Notes under the pieces: generated by a model
The model's input: only the letters and a program-made list of their open reading frames with translations
What the model was told of the DNA's origin: nothing
The model's database searches: none
Assembly: GCA_964016885.1 (NCBI GenBank)
Contig: OZ024745.1
Location: forward strand, 558,001 to 622,000
From: Eledone cirrhosa
Taxonomy: Eukaryota
Direction of reading: 5' to 3'
Length of the DNA stretch: 64,000 nucleotides
Part shown: positions 46,478 through 62,000 of the stretch, one piece after another
Numbering within the stretch: position 1 is the first letter of the stretch
Layout: every line of letters starts with the position of its first letter
Translations under genes and position numbers: made by a program

Positions 46478-49422
46478 GTATACTGACCACTACAAGATAC
46501 CAGTGGGTATAAGTTAACCAGGATTAATCCCACAGGTTTTCACATATACTGACCACTACAATATACCAGTCGGTATAAGTTAACCAGGATTAATTCCCAC
46601 AGGTTTTCACATATACTGACCACTACAACATACCAGTGGGTATAAGTTAACCAGGATTAATTCCCACAGGTTTTCACATATACTGACCACTACAGGATAC
46701 CAGTCGGTATAAGTTAACCAGGATTAATTCCCACAGGTTTTCACATATACTGACCACTACAATATACCAGTCGGTATAAGTTAACCAGGATTAATTCCCA
46801 CAGGTTTTCACATATACTGACCACTACAGGATACCAGTCGGTATAAGTTAACCAGGATTAATTCCCACAGGTTTTCACATATACTGACCACTACAAGATA
46901 CCAGTCGGTATAAGTTAACCAGGATTAATTCCCACAGGTTTTCACATATACTGACCACTACAGGATACCAGTCGGTATAAGTTAACCAGGATTAATTCCC
47001 ACAGGTTTTCACATATACTGACCACTACAAGATACCAGTGGGTATAAGTTAACCAGGTTTAATTCCCACAGGTTTTCACATATACTGACCACTACAAGAT
47101 ACCAGTCGGTATAAGTTAACCAGGTTTAATTCCCACAGGTTTTCATATATACTGACCACTACAAGATACCAGTCGGTATAAGTTAACCAGGATTAATCCC
47201 ACAGGTTTTCACATATACTGACCACTACAAGATACCAGTTGGTATAAGTTAACCAGGATTAATCCCACAGGTTTTCACATATATTGACCACTACAAGATA
47301 CCAGTCGGTATAAGTTAACCAGGATTAATTCCCACAGGTTTTCACATATACTGACCACTACAAGATACCAGTTGGTATTAGTTAACCAGGTTTAATTCCC
47401 ACAGGTTTTCACATATACTGACCACTACAAGATACCAGTCGGTATAAGTTAACCAGGTTTAATTCCCACAGGTTTTCAGATATACTGACCACTACAAGAT
47501 ACCAGTCGGTATAAGTTAACCAGGATTAATTCCCACAGGTTTTCACATATACTGACCACTACAAGATACCAGTCGGTATAAGTTAACCAGGATTAATTCC
47601 CACAGGTTTTCACATATACTGACCACTACAAGATACCAGTGGGTATAAGTTAACCAGGATTAATTCCCACAGGTTTCACATATACTGACCACTACAAGAT
47701 ACCAGTCGGTATAAGTTAACCAGGTTTAATTCCCACAGGTTTTCACATATACTGACCACTACAAGATACCAGTGGGAATAAGTTAACCAGGATTAATCCC
47801 ACAGGTTTTCACATATACTGACCACTACAATATACCAGTCGGTATAAGTTAACCAGGATTAATTCCCACAGGTTTTCACATATACTGACCACTACAACAT
47901 ACCAGTGGGTATAAGTTAACCAGGATTAATTCCCACAGGTTTTCACATATACTGACCACTACAAGATACCAGTGGGTATAAGTTAACCAGGATTAATTCC
48001 CACAGGTTTTCACATATACTGACCACTACAAGATACCAGTCGGTATAAGTTAACCAGGATTAATTCCCACAGGTTTTCACATATACTGACCACTACAGGA
48101 TACCAGTCGGTATAAGTTAACCAGGATTAATTCCCACAGGTTTTCACATACACTGACCACTACAAGATACCAGTCGGTATAAGTTAACCAGGTTTAATTC
48201 CCACAGGTTTACAGGTTTTCATATATACTGACCACTACAAGATACCAGTCGGTATAAGTTAACCAGGATTAATCCCACAGGTTTTCACATATACTGACCA
48301 CTACAAGATACCAGTTGGTATAAGTTAACCAGGATTAATCCCACAGGTTTTCACATATACTGACCACTACAAGATACGAGTTGGTATAAGTTAACCAGGA
48401 TTAATTCCCACAGGTTTTCACATATACTGACCACTACAAGATACGAGTTGGTATAAGTTAACCAGGATTAATTCCCACAGGTTTTCACATATACTGACCA
48501 CTACAAGATACCAGTTGGTATAAGTTAACCAGGATTAATCCCACAGGTTTTCACATATACTGACCACTACAAGATACCAGTGGGTATAAGTTAACCAGGT
48601 TTAATTCCCACAGGTTTTCACATATACTGACCACTACAATATACCAGTTGGTATAAGTTAACCAGGATTAATTCCCACAGGTTTTCACATATACTGACCA
48701 CTACAATATACCAGTCGGTATAAGTTAACCAGGATTAATCCCACAGGTTTTCACATATACTGACCACTACAATATACCAGTTGGTATAAGTTAACCAGGA
48801 TTAATCCCACAAGTTTTCACATATACTGACCACTACAAGATACCAGTGGGTATAAGTTAACCAGGATTAATCCCACAGGTTTTCACATATACTGACCACT
48901 ACAAGATACCAGTGGGTATAAGTTAACCAGGATTAATCCCACAGGTTTTCACATATACTGACCACTACAAGATACCAGTGGGTATAAGTTAACCAGGATT
49001 AATCCCACAGGTTTTCACATATACTGACCACTACAAGATACCAGTGGGTATAAGTTAACCAGGATTAATTCCCACAGGTTTTCACATATACTGACCACTA
49101 CAATATACCAGTTGGTATAAGTTAACCAGGATTAATCCCACAGGTTTTCACATATACTGACCACTACAATATACCAGTTGGTATAAGTTAACCAGGATTA
49201 ATCCCACAGGTTTTCACATATACTGACCACTACAATATACCAGTTGGTATAAGTTAACCAGGATTAATCCCACAGGTTTTCACATATACTGACCACTACA
49301 AGATACCAGTCGGTATAAGTTAACCAGGATTAATCCCACAGGTTTTCACATATACTGACCACTACAAGATACCAGTCGGTATAAGTTAACCAGGATTAAT
49401 CCCACAGGTTTTCACATATACT
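46478..49422. repeat. 66/67-bp satellite (ATATACTGACCACTACAAGATACCAGTCGGTATAAGTTAACCAGGATTAATTCCCACAGGTTTTCAC), ~44 units
   Basis: Direct reading. Confidence 0.97.
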
Positions 49423-49669
49423 TTCATCTTTTATCAAGTCTAAAATTAATGAAACCTTTTTTTTTTAAATTATTATTCTGCAGTTTCACTATTTCTATTC
49501 CCTATTGGATGTGTTGGTTATTCAGTTTGGGAGTGAAACGAAAACATTTAAGGAGATGGTTGCTTATATTTGAAGTCTAAATGTGTTTGTGTATGTGTAT
49601 AGTTCTAACATGACCAAATAAGGAAGCATTACACCCATAAGATACCGAGTTGGATCACCGAGTGTGGCA

Positions 49670-50078
49670 TCATGAACATGTGTCCTGTAACTGAAATTGG
49701 CTCGACCGAAAAGTATTTGGAAGCCTGTTGGGTGGACTCTCTCTGTAATTCAAATGATCAGCCATGTTACACTGAATCTCCCTGAGAATTTCGTCTGTGT
49801 GATTCTCAACCACTTGCACGTTTATTAGTTCACTTTCACTTTTGTTAATCAGCATTTGATATGAAAGAGCTATTCGTGGATCATGTAATTATATATTATA
49901 TATAATATGTATATATGTGTAGGTGTATATATGTATGTATATATCATGAGGCACTCGAGTGTTCCAGTTGATCCAATCAGCAGAACGGCCTTCTCGTAGA
50001 ATTAACGAGCAAGTGGCTGAGCATTCCACAGACGCGCATACCGTTTACACAGTTCTCAGGGAGAGTCAGTGTGACAAA
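49670..50078. mobile_element. Two SINE tail fragments in opposite orientations
   Basis: CACTGAATCTCCCTGAGAA..CCACTTGCACGTT (49770-49825) vs AACGAGCAAGTGGCTGAGCATTCCACAG..TTCTCAGGGAGAGTCAGTGTGAC (50003-50075). Confidence 0.55.
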
Positions 50079-50099
50079 CTTAGCTACTAAAAACAAATC

Positions 50100-53000
50100 A
50101 ACCATATGTATCAAGTTTAGAATAGGTACACTGTATCCCTGTATGTTGTAATACCATGTATATCTAGTTTAGAATAGGTACACTGTATCCCTGTATGTTG
50201 TAATACCATGTATATCTAGTTTAGAATAGGTACACTGTATCCCTGTATGTTGTAATACCATGTATATCTAGTTTAGAATAGGTACACTGTATCCCTGTAT
50301 GTCATAATACCATGTATATCTAGTTTAGAATAGGTACACTGTATCCCTGTATGTTGTAATACCATATATATCTAGTTTAGAATAGGTACACTGTATCCCT
50401 GTATGTTGTAATACCATGTATATCTAGTTTAGAATAGGTACACTGTATCCCTGTATGTTGTAATACCATATATATCTAGTTTAGAATAGGTACACTGTAT
50501 CCCTGTATGTTGTAATACCATGTATATCTAGTTTAGAATAGGTACACTGTATCCCTGTATGTCATAATACCATATATATCTAGTTTAGAATAGGCAAACT
50601 GTATCCCTGTATGTCATAATACCATGTATATCTAGTTTAGAATAGGTACACTGTATCCCTGTATGTCATAATACCATGTATATCAAGTTTAGAATAGGTA
50701 CACTGTATCCCTGTATGTCATAATACCATGTATATCAAGTTTAGAATAGGCACACTGTATCCCTGTATGTTGTAATACCATGTATATCAAGTTTAGAATA
50801 GGTACACTGTATCCCTGTATGTCATAATACCATGTATATCTAGTTTAGAATAGGTACACTGTATCCCTGTATGTTGCAATACCATGTATATCTAGTTTAG
50901 AATAGGTACACTGTATCTCTGTATGTTGTAATACCATGTATATCTAGTTTAGAATAGGCACACTGTATCCCTGTATGTTGTAATACCATGTATATCTAGT
51001 TTAGAATAGGTACACTGTATCCCTGTATGTTGTAATACCATGTATATCTAGTTTAGAATAGGTACACTGTATCTCTGTATGTTGTAATACCATGTATATC
51101 AAGTTTAGAATAGGTACACTGTATCCCTGTATGTCATAATACCATGTATATCTAGTTTAGAATAGGTACACTGTATCCCTGTATGTTGTAATACCATGTA
51201 TATCTAGGTTAGAATAGGTACACTGTATCCCTGTATGTCATAATACCATGTATATCTAGTTTAGAATAGGTACACTGTATCTCTGTATGTTGTAATACCA
51301 TGTATATCTAGTTTAGAATAGGTACACTGTATCCCTGTATGTTGTGATACCATGTATATCTAGTTTAGAATAGGTACACTGTATCCCTGTATGTTGTAAT
51401 ACCATGTATATCTAGTTTAGAATAGGTACACTGTATCCCTGTATGTCATAATACCATGTATATCTAGTTTAGAATAGGTACACAGTATCCCTATATGTCA
51501 TAATACCATATATATCTAGTTTAGAATAGGTACACTGTATCCCTGTATGTTGTAAGACCATGCATATCTAGTTTAGAATAGGTACACTGTATCCCTGTAT
51601 GTTGTAAGACCATGTATATCTAGTTTAGAATAGGTACACTGTATCCCTGTATGTTCTAATACCATATACATCTAGTTTAGAATAGGTACACTGTATACCT
51701 GTATGTTGTAATACCATGTATATCAAGTTTAGAATAGGTACACTGTATCCCTGTATGTCATAATACCATGAATATCTAGTTTAGAATAGGTACACTGTAT
51801 CTCTGTATGTTGTAATACCATGTATATATAGTTTAGAATAGGTACACTGTATCCCTGTATGTTGTGATACCATGTATATCTAGTTTAGAATAGGTACACT
51901 GTATCCCTGTATGTTGTAATACCATGTATATCTAGTTTGGAATAAGTACACTGTATCTCTGTATGTTGTAAGACAATATATATCTAGTTTAGAATAGGTA
52001 CACTGTATCCCTGTATGTTGTGATACCATGTATATCTAGTTTAGAATAGGTACACTGTATCCCTGTATGTTGTAATACCATGTATATCTAGTTTAAAATA
52101 GGTACAATGTATCCCTGTATGTTGTAATACCATGTATATCTAGTTTAAAATAGGTACACTGTATCCCTGTATGTTGTAATACCATGTATATCTAGTTTAG
52201 AATAGGTACACAGTATCCCTGTATGTTGTAAGACCATGTATATCTAGTTTAGAATAGGTACACTGTATCCCTGTATGTCATAATACCATGTATATCTAGT
52301 TTAGAATAGGTACACTGTATCCCTGTATGTTGTAATACCATATATATCTAGTTTACAAAAGGTACACTGTATCCCTGTATATTGTAATACCATGTATATC
52401 TAGTTTACAATAGGTACACTGTATCCCTGTATGTCATAATACCATGTATATCTAGTTTAGAATAGGTACACTGTATCCCTGTATGTCATAATACCATGTA
52501 TATCAAGTTTACAATAGGTATACTGTATCCCTGTATGTTGTAATACCATATATATCTAGTTTAGAATAGGTACACTGTATCCCTGTATGTTGTAATACAA
52601 TATATATCTAGTTTACAATAGGTACACTGTATCCCTGTATGTCATAATACCATGTATATCTAGTTTAGAATATGTACACTGTATTCCTGTATGTCATAAT
52701 ACCATGTATATCAAGTTTACAATAGGTATACTGTATCCCTGTATGTTGTAATACCATATATATCTAGTTTAGAATAGGTACACTGAATCCCTGTATGTTG
52801 TAATACCATGTATATCTAGTTTAAAATAGGTACATTGTATCCCTGTATGTTGTAATACCATGTATATCTAGTTTAGAATAGGCACACTGTATCCCTGTAT
52901 GTCATAATACCATGTATATCTAGTTTAGAATAGGTACACTGTATCCCTGTATGTTGTTAGACCATATATATCTAGTTTAGAATAGGTACACTGTATCCCT

Positions 53001-56000
53001 GTATGTCATAAGACCATGTATATCTAGTTTAAAATAGGTACACTGTATCCCTGTATGTTGTAATACCATGTATATCTAGTTTAGAATAGGTATACTGTAT
53101 CCCTGTATGTTGTAATACCATAAATATCTAGTTTAGAATAGGTACACTGTATCCCTATATGTCATAATACCATGTATATCTAGTTTAGAATATGTACACT
53201 GTATTCCTGTATGTCATAATACCATGTATATCAAGTTTACAATAGGTACACTGTATCCCTGTATGTTGTAATACCATATATATCTAGTTTAGAATAGGTA
53301 CACTGTATCCCTGTATGTTGTAATACCATGTATATCTAGTTTAAAATAGGTACATTGTATCCCTGTATGTTGTAATACCATGTATATCTAGTTTAGAATA
53401 GGTACACTGTATCCCTGTATGTCATAATACCATGTATATCTAGTTTAGAATAGGTACACTGTATCCCTGTATGTTGTTAGACCATATATATCTAGTTTAG
53501 AATAGGTACACTGTATCCCTGTATGTCATAAGACCATGTATATCTAGTTTAAAATAGGTATACTGTATCCCTGTATGTTGTAATACCATGTATATCTAGT
53601 TTAGAATAGGTATACTGTATCCCTGTATGTTGTAATACCATAAATATCTAGTTTAGAATAGGTACACTGTATCCCTATATGTCATAATACCATATATATC
53701 TAGTTTAGAATAGGTATATTGTATCCCTGTATGTTGTAATACCATATATATCTAGTTTACAATAGGTACACTGTATCCTTGTATGTTGTAATACCATGTA
53801 TATCTAGTTTAGAATAGGTACACTGTATCCCTGTATGTTGTAATACCATATATATCTAGTTTACAATAGGTACACTGTATCCCTGTATGTTGTAATACCA
53901 GGTATATCTAGTTTAGAATAGGTACACTGTATCCCTGTATGTTGTAATACCATATATATCTAGTTTAGAATAGGTACACTGTATCCCTGTATGTTGTAAG
54001 ACCATATATATCTAGTTTAGAATAGGTACACTGTATCCCTGTATGTTGTAATACCATATTTATCTAGTTTAGAATAGGTACGCTGTATCCCTGTATGTTG
54101 AAATACCATGTATATCTAGTTTAAAATAGGTACAATGTATCCCTGTATGTTGTAATACCATGTATATCTAGTTTAAAATAGGTACACTGTATCCCTGTAT
54201 GTTGTAATACCATCTATATCTAGTTTAGAATAGGTACACTGTATCCCTGTATGTTGTAAGACCATGTATATCTTGTTTAGAATAGGTACACTGTATCCCT
54301 GTATGTCATAATACCATGTATATCTAGTTTAGAATAGGTACACTGTATCCCTGTATGTCATAATACCATGTATATCTAGTTTAGAAGAGGTACATTGTAT
54401 CCCTGTATGTTGTAATACCATATATATCTAGTTTACAATAGGTACACTGTATCCCTGTATGTTGTAATACCATGTATATCTAGTTTAGAATAGGTACACT
54501 GTATTCCTGTATGACATAATACCATGTATATCAAGTCTAAAATAGGTACACTGTATCCCTGTATGTTGTAATACCATATATATCTAGTTTAGAATAGGTA
54601 CACTGTATCCCTGTATGTTGTAATACCATGTATATCTAGTTCAAAATAGGTACGCTGTATCCCTGTATGTTGTAATACCATGTATATCTAGTCTAGAATA
54701 GGTACACTGTATCTCTGTATGTTGTAAGACCATGTATATCTAGTTTACAATAGGTACACTGTATGCCTGTATATTGTAATACCATGAATATCTAGTTTAG
54801 AATAGGTACACTGTATCCCTGTATGTTGTAATACGATGTATATCTAGATTAGAATAGGTACACTGTATCCCTGTATGTCATAATACCATGTATATCTAGT
54901 TTAGAATAGGTACACTGTATCCCTGTATGTTGTAATACCATGTATATCTAGTTTAGAATAGGTACACTGTATCCCTGTATGTCATAATACCATGTATATC
55001 TAGTATAGAATAGGTATATTGTATCCCTGTATGTTGTAATACCATATATATCTAATTTACAATAGGTACACTGTATCCCTGTATGTTGTAATACCATGTA
55101 TATCTAGTTTAGAATAGGTACACTGTATCCCTGTATGTTGTAATACCATATATATCTAGTTTAGAATAGGTACACTGTATCCCTGTATGTTGTAATACCA
55201 TATATATCTAGTTTAGAATAGGTACACTGTATCCCTGTATGTCATAAGACCATGTATATCTAGTTTGGAATAAGTACACTGTATCTCTGTATGTTGTAAG
55301 ACAATATATATCTAGTTTAGAATAGGTACACTGTATCCCTGTATGTTGTGATACCATGTATATCTAGTTTAGAATAGGTACACTGTATCCCTGTATGTTG
55401 TAATACCATGTATATCTAGTTTAAAATAGGTACAATGTATCCCTGTATGTTGTAATACCATGTATATCTAGTTTAAAATAGGTACACTGTATCCCTGTAT
55501 GTTGTAATACCATGTATATCTAGTTTAGAATAGGTACACAGTATCCCTGTATGTTGTAAGACCATGTATATCTAGTTTAGAATAGGTACACTGTATCCCT
55601 GTATGTCATAATACCATGTATATCTAGTTTAGAATAGGTACACTGTATCCCTGTATGTTGTAATACCATATATATCTAGTTTACAAAAGGTACACTGTAT
55701 CCCTGTATATTGTAATACCATGTATATCTAGTTTACAATAGGTACACTGTATCCCTGTATGTCATAATACCATGTATATCTAGTTTAGAATAGGTACACT
55801 GTATCCCTGTATGTCATAATACCATGTATATCAAGTTTACAATAGGTATACTGTATCCCTGTATGTTGTAATACCATATATATCTAGTTTAGAATAGGTA
55901 CACTGTATCCCTGTATGTTGTAATACAATATATATCTAGTTTACAATAGGTACACTGTATCCCTGTATGTCATAATACCATGTATATCTAGTTTAGAATA

Positions 56001-59000
56001 TGTACACTGTATTCCTGTATGTCATAATACCATGTATATCAAGTTTACAATAGGTATACTGTATCCCTGTATGTTGTAATACCATATATATCTAGTTTAG
56101 AATAGGTACACTGAATCCCTGTATGTTGTAATACCATGTATATCTAGTTTAAAATAGGTACATTGTATCCCTGTATGTTGTAATACCATGTATATCTAGT
56201 TTAGAATAGGTACACTGTATCCCTGTATGTCATAATACCATGTATATCTAGTTTAGAATAGGTACACTGTATCCCTGTATGTTGTTAGACCATATATATC
56301 TAGTTTAGAATAGGTACACTGTATCCCTGTATGTCATAAGACCATGTATATCTAGTTTAAAATAGGTACACTGTATCCCTCTATGTTGTAATACCATGTA
56401 TATCTAGTTTAGAATAGGTATACTGTATCCCTGTATGTTGTAATACCATAAATATCTAGTTTAGAATAGGTACACTGTATCCCTATATGTCATAATACCA
56501 TGTATATCTAGTTTAGAATATGTACACTGTATTCCTGTATGTCATAATACCATGTATATCAAGTTTACAATAGGTACACTGTATCCCTGTATGTTGTAAT
56601 ACCATATATATCTAGTTTAGAATAGGTACACTGTATCCCTGTATGTTGTAATACCATGTATATCTAGTTTAAAATAGGTACATTGTATCCCTGTATGTTG
56701 TAATACCATGTATATCTAGTTTAGAATAGGTACACTGTATCCCTGTATGTCATAATACCATGTATATCTAGTTTAGAATAGGTACACTGTATCCCTGTAT
56801 GTTGTTAGACCATATATATCTAGTTTAGAATAGGTACACTGTATCCCTGTATGTCATAAGACCATGTATATCTAGTTTAAAATAGGTATACTGTATCCCT
56901 GTATGTTGTAATACCATGTATATCTAGTTTAGAATAGGTATACTGTATCCCTGTATGTTGTAATACCATAAATATCTAGTTTAGAATAGGTACACTGTAT
57001 CCCTATATGTCATAATACCATATATATCTAGTTTAGAATAGGTATATTGTATCCCTGTATGTTGTAATACCATATATATCTAGTTTACAATAGGTACACT
57101 GTATCCTTGTATGTTGTAATACCATGTATATCTAGTTTAGAATAGGTACACTGTATCCCTGTATGTTGTAATACCATATATATCTAGTTTACAATAGGTA
57201 CACTGTATCCCTGTATGTTGTAATACCAGGTATATCTAGTTTAGAATAGGTACACTGTATCCCTGTATGTTGTAATACCATATATATCTAGTTTAGAATA
57301 GGTACACTGTATCCCTGTATGTTGTAAGACCATATATATCTAGTTTAGAATAGGTACACTGTATCCCTGTATGTTGTAATACCATATTTATCTAGTTTAG
57401 AATAGGTACGCTGTATCCCTGTATGTTGAAATACCATGTATATCTAGTTTAAAATAGGTACAATGTATCCCTGTATGTTGTAATACCATGTATATCTAGT
57501 TTAAAATAGGTACACTGTATCCCTGTATGTTGTAATACCATCTATATCTAGTTTAGAATAGGTACACTGTATCCCTGTATGTTGTAAGACCATGTATATC
57601 TTGTTTAGAATAGGTACACTGTATCCCTGTATGTCATAATACCATGTATATCTAGTTTAGAATAGGTACACTGTATCCCTGTATGTCATAATACCATGTA
57701 TATCTAGTTTAGAAGAGGTACATTGTATCCCTGTATGTTGTAATACCATATATATCTAGTTTACAATAGGTACACTGTATCCCTGTATGTTGTAATACCA
57801 TGTATATCTAGTTTAGAATAGGTACACTGTATTCCTGTATGTCATAATACCATGTATATCAAGTCTAAAATAGGTACACTGTATCCCTGTATGTTGTAAT
57901 ACCATATATATCTAGTTTAGAATAGGTACACTGTATCCCTGTATGTTGTAATACCATGTATATCTAGTTCAAAATAGGTACACTGTATCCCTGTATGTTG
58001 TAATACCATGTATATCTAGTCTAGAATAGGTACACTGTATCTCTGTATGTTGTAAGACCATGTATATCTAGTTTACAATAGGTACACTGTATCCCTGTAT
58101 GTTGTAATACCATATATATCTAGTTTACAATAGGTACACTGTATGCCTGTATATTGTAATACCATGAATATCTAGTTTAGAATAGGTACACTGTATCCCT
58201 GTATGTTGTAATACGATGTATATCTAGATTAGAATAGGTACACTGTATCCCTGTATGTCATAATACCATGTATATCTAGTTTAGAATAGGTACACTGTAT
58301 CCCTGTATGTTGTAATACCATGTATATCTAGTTTAGAATAGGTACACTGTATCCCTGTATGTCATAATACCATGTATATCTAGTATAGAATAGGTATATT
58401 GTATCCCTGTATGTTGTAATACCATATATATCTAATTTACAATAGGTACACTGTATACCTGTATGTTGTAATACCATGTATATCTAGTTTAGAATAGGTA
58501 CACTGTATCCCTGTATGTTGTAATACCATATATATCTAGTTTAGAATAGTTACACTGTATCCCTGTATGTTGTAAGACCATATATATCTAGTTTAGAATA
58601 GGTACACTGTATCCCTGTATGTTGTAATACCATATATATCTAGTTTAGAATAGGTACACTGTATCCCTGTATGTCATAAGACCATGTATATCTAGTTTAG
58701 AATAGGTACACTGTATCCCTGTATGTTGTAATACCATGTATATCTAGTTTAGAATAGGTACACTGTATCTCTGTATGTTGTAATACCATGTATATCAAGT
58801 TTAGAATAGGTACACTGTATCCCTGTATGTCATAATACCATGTATATCTAGTATAGAATAGGTATATTGTATCCCTGTATGTTGTAATACCATATATATC
58901 TAATTTACAATAGGTACACTGTATCCCTGTATGTTGTAATACCATGTATATCTAGTTTAGAATAGGTACACTGTATCTCTGTATGTTGTAATACCATGTA

Positions 59001-62000
59001 TATCAAGTTTAGAATAGGTACACTGTATCCCTGTATATCATAATACCATGTATATCTAGTTTAGAATAGGTACACTGTATCCCTGTATGTTGTAATACCA
59101 TGTATATCTAGGTTAGAATAGGTACACTGTATCCCTGTATGTCATAATACCATGTATATCTAGTTTAGAATAGGTACGCTGTATCCCTGTATGTTGTAAT
59201 ACCATGTATATCTAGTTTAGAATGGGTACACTGTATCCCTGTATGTTGTGATACCATGTATATCTAGTTTAGAATAGGTACACTGTATCCCTGTATGTTG
59301 TAATACCATGTATATCTAGTTTAGAATAGGTACACTGTATCCCTGTATGTCATAATACCATGTATATCTAGTTTAGAATAGGTACACTGTATCCCTGTAT
59401 GTCATAATACCATATATATCTAGTTTAGAATAGGTACACTGTATCCCTGTATGTTGTAAGACCATGCATATCTAGTTTAGAATAGGTACACTGTATCCCT
59501 GTATGTTGTAAGACCATGTATATCTAGTTTAGAATAGGTACACTGTATCCCTCTATGTTCTAATACCATATATATCTAGTGTAGAATAGGTACACTGTAT
59601 CCCTGCATGTTGTAATACCATATATATCTAGTTTAGAATAGGTACACTGTATCCCTGTATGTTGAAATACCATGTATATCTAGTTTAGAATAGGTACACG
59701 GTATCTCTGTATGTTGTAATACCATGTATATCTAGTTTAGAATAGGTACACTGTATCCCTGTATGTTGTAATACCATGTATATCTAGTTTAGAAGAGGTA
59801 CACTGTATCCCTGTATGTCACAATACCATGTATATCTAGTTTAGAATAGGTACACTGTATCCCTGTATGTTAGAATAGGTACACTGTATTCCTGTATGTC
59901 ATAATACCATGTATATCAAGTTTAAAATAGGTACACTGTATCCCTGTATGTTGTAATACCATATATATCTAGTTTAGAATAGGTACACTGTATCCCTGTA
60001 TGTTGTAATACCATATATATCTAGTTTAGAATAGGTACACTGTATCCCTGTATGTTGTAATACCATGTATATCTAGTTTAAAATAGGTACACTGTATCCC
60101 TGTATGTTGTAATACCATGTATATCTAGTTTAGAATAGGTACACTGTATCCCTGTATGTTGTAAGACCATATATATCTATTTTAGAATAGGTACACTGTA
60201 TCCCTGTATGTCATAATACCATGTATATCTAGTTTAGAATAGGTACACTGTATCCCTGTATGTCATAATACCATGTATATCTAGTTTAGAATAGGTACAT
60301 TGTATCCCTGTATGTTGTAATACCATATATATCTATTTTACAATAGGTACACTGTATCCCTGTATGTTGTAATACCATATATATCTAGTTTAGAATAGGC
60401 ACACTGTATGCCTGTATGTTGTAATACCATGTATATGTAGTTTAGAATAGGTACACTGTATCCCTGTATGTCATAATACCATGTATATCTATTTTAGAAG
60501 AGGTACACTGTATCCCTGTATGTCATAATACCATGTATATCTAGTTTAGAATAGGTACACTGTATCCCTGTATGACATAATACGATGTATATCTAGTTTA
60601 GAATAGGTACACTGTATCCCTGTATGTTGTAAGAGCATATATATCTAGTTTAGAATAGGTACACTGTATCCCTATATGTCATAATACCATATATATCTAG
60701 TTTAGAATAGGTATATTGTATCCCTGTATGTTGTAATACCATATATATCTAGTTTACAATAGGTACACTGTATCCTTGTATGTTGTAATACCATGTATAT
60801 CTAGTTTAGAATAGGTACACTGTATCCCTGTATGTTGTAATACCATATATATCTAGTTTACAATAGGTACACTGTATCCCTGTATGTTGTAATACCAGGT
60901 ATATCTAGTTTAGAATAGGTACACTGTATCCCTGTATGTTGTAATACCATATATATCTAGTTTAGAATAGGTACACTGTATCCCTGTATGTTGTAAGACC
61001 ATATATATCTAGTTTAGAATAGGTACACTGTATCCCTGTATGTTGTAATACCATATTTATCTAGTTTAGAATAGGTACGCTGTATCCCTGTATGTTGAAA
61101 TACCATGTATATCTAGTTTAAAATAGGTACAATGTATCCCTGTATGTTGTAATACCATGTATATCTAGTTTAAAATAGGTACACTGTATCCCTGTATGTT
61201 GTAATACCATCTATATCTAGTTTAGAATAGGTACACTGTATCCCTGTATGTTGTAAGACCATGTATATCTTGTTTAGAATAGGTACACTGTATCCCTGTA
61301 TGTCATAATACCATGTATATCTAGTTTAGAATAGGTACACTGTATCCCTGTATGTCATAATACCATGTATATCTAGTTTAGAAGAGGTACATTGTATCCC
61401 TGTATGTTGTAATACCATATATATCTAGTTTACAATAGGTACACTGTATCCCTGTATGTTGTAATACCATGTATATCTAGTTTAGAATAGGTACACTGTA
61501 TTCCTGTATGTCATAATACCATGTATATCAAGTCTAAAATAGGTACACTGTATCCCTGTATGTTGTAATACCATATATATCTAGTTTAGAATAGGTACAC
61601 TGTATCCCTGTATGTTGTAATACCATGTATATCTAGTTCAAAATAGGTACACTGTATCCCTGTATGTTGTAATACCATGTATATCTAGTCTAGAATAGGT
61701 ACACTGTATCTCTGTATGTTGTAAGACCATGTATATCTAGTTTACAATAGGTACACTGTATCCCTGTATGTTGTAATACCATATATATCTAGTTTACAAT
61801 AGGTACACTGTATGCCTGTATATTGTAATACCATGAATATCTAGTTTAGAATAGGTACACTGTATCCCTGTATGTTGTAATACGATGTATATCTAGATTA
61901 GAATAGGTACACTGTATCCCTGTATGTCATAATACCATGTATATCTAGTTTAGAATAGGTACACTGTATCCCTGTATGTTGTAATACCATGTATATCTAG

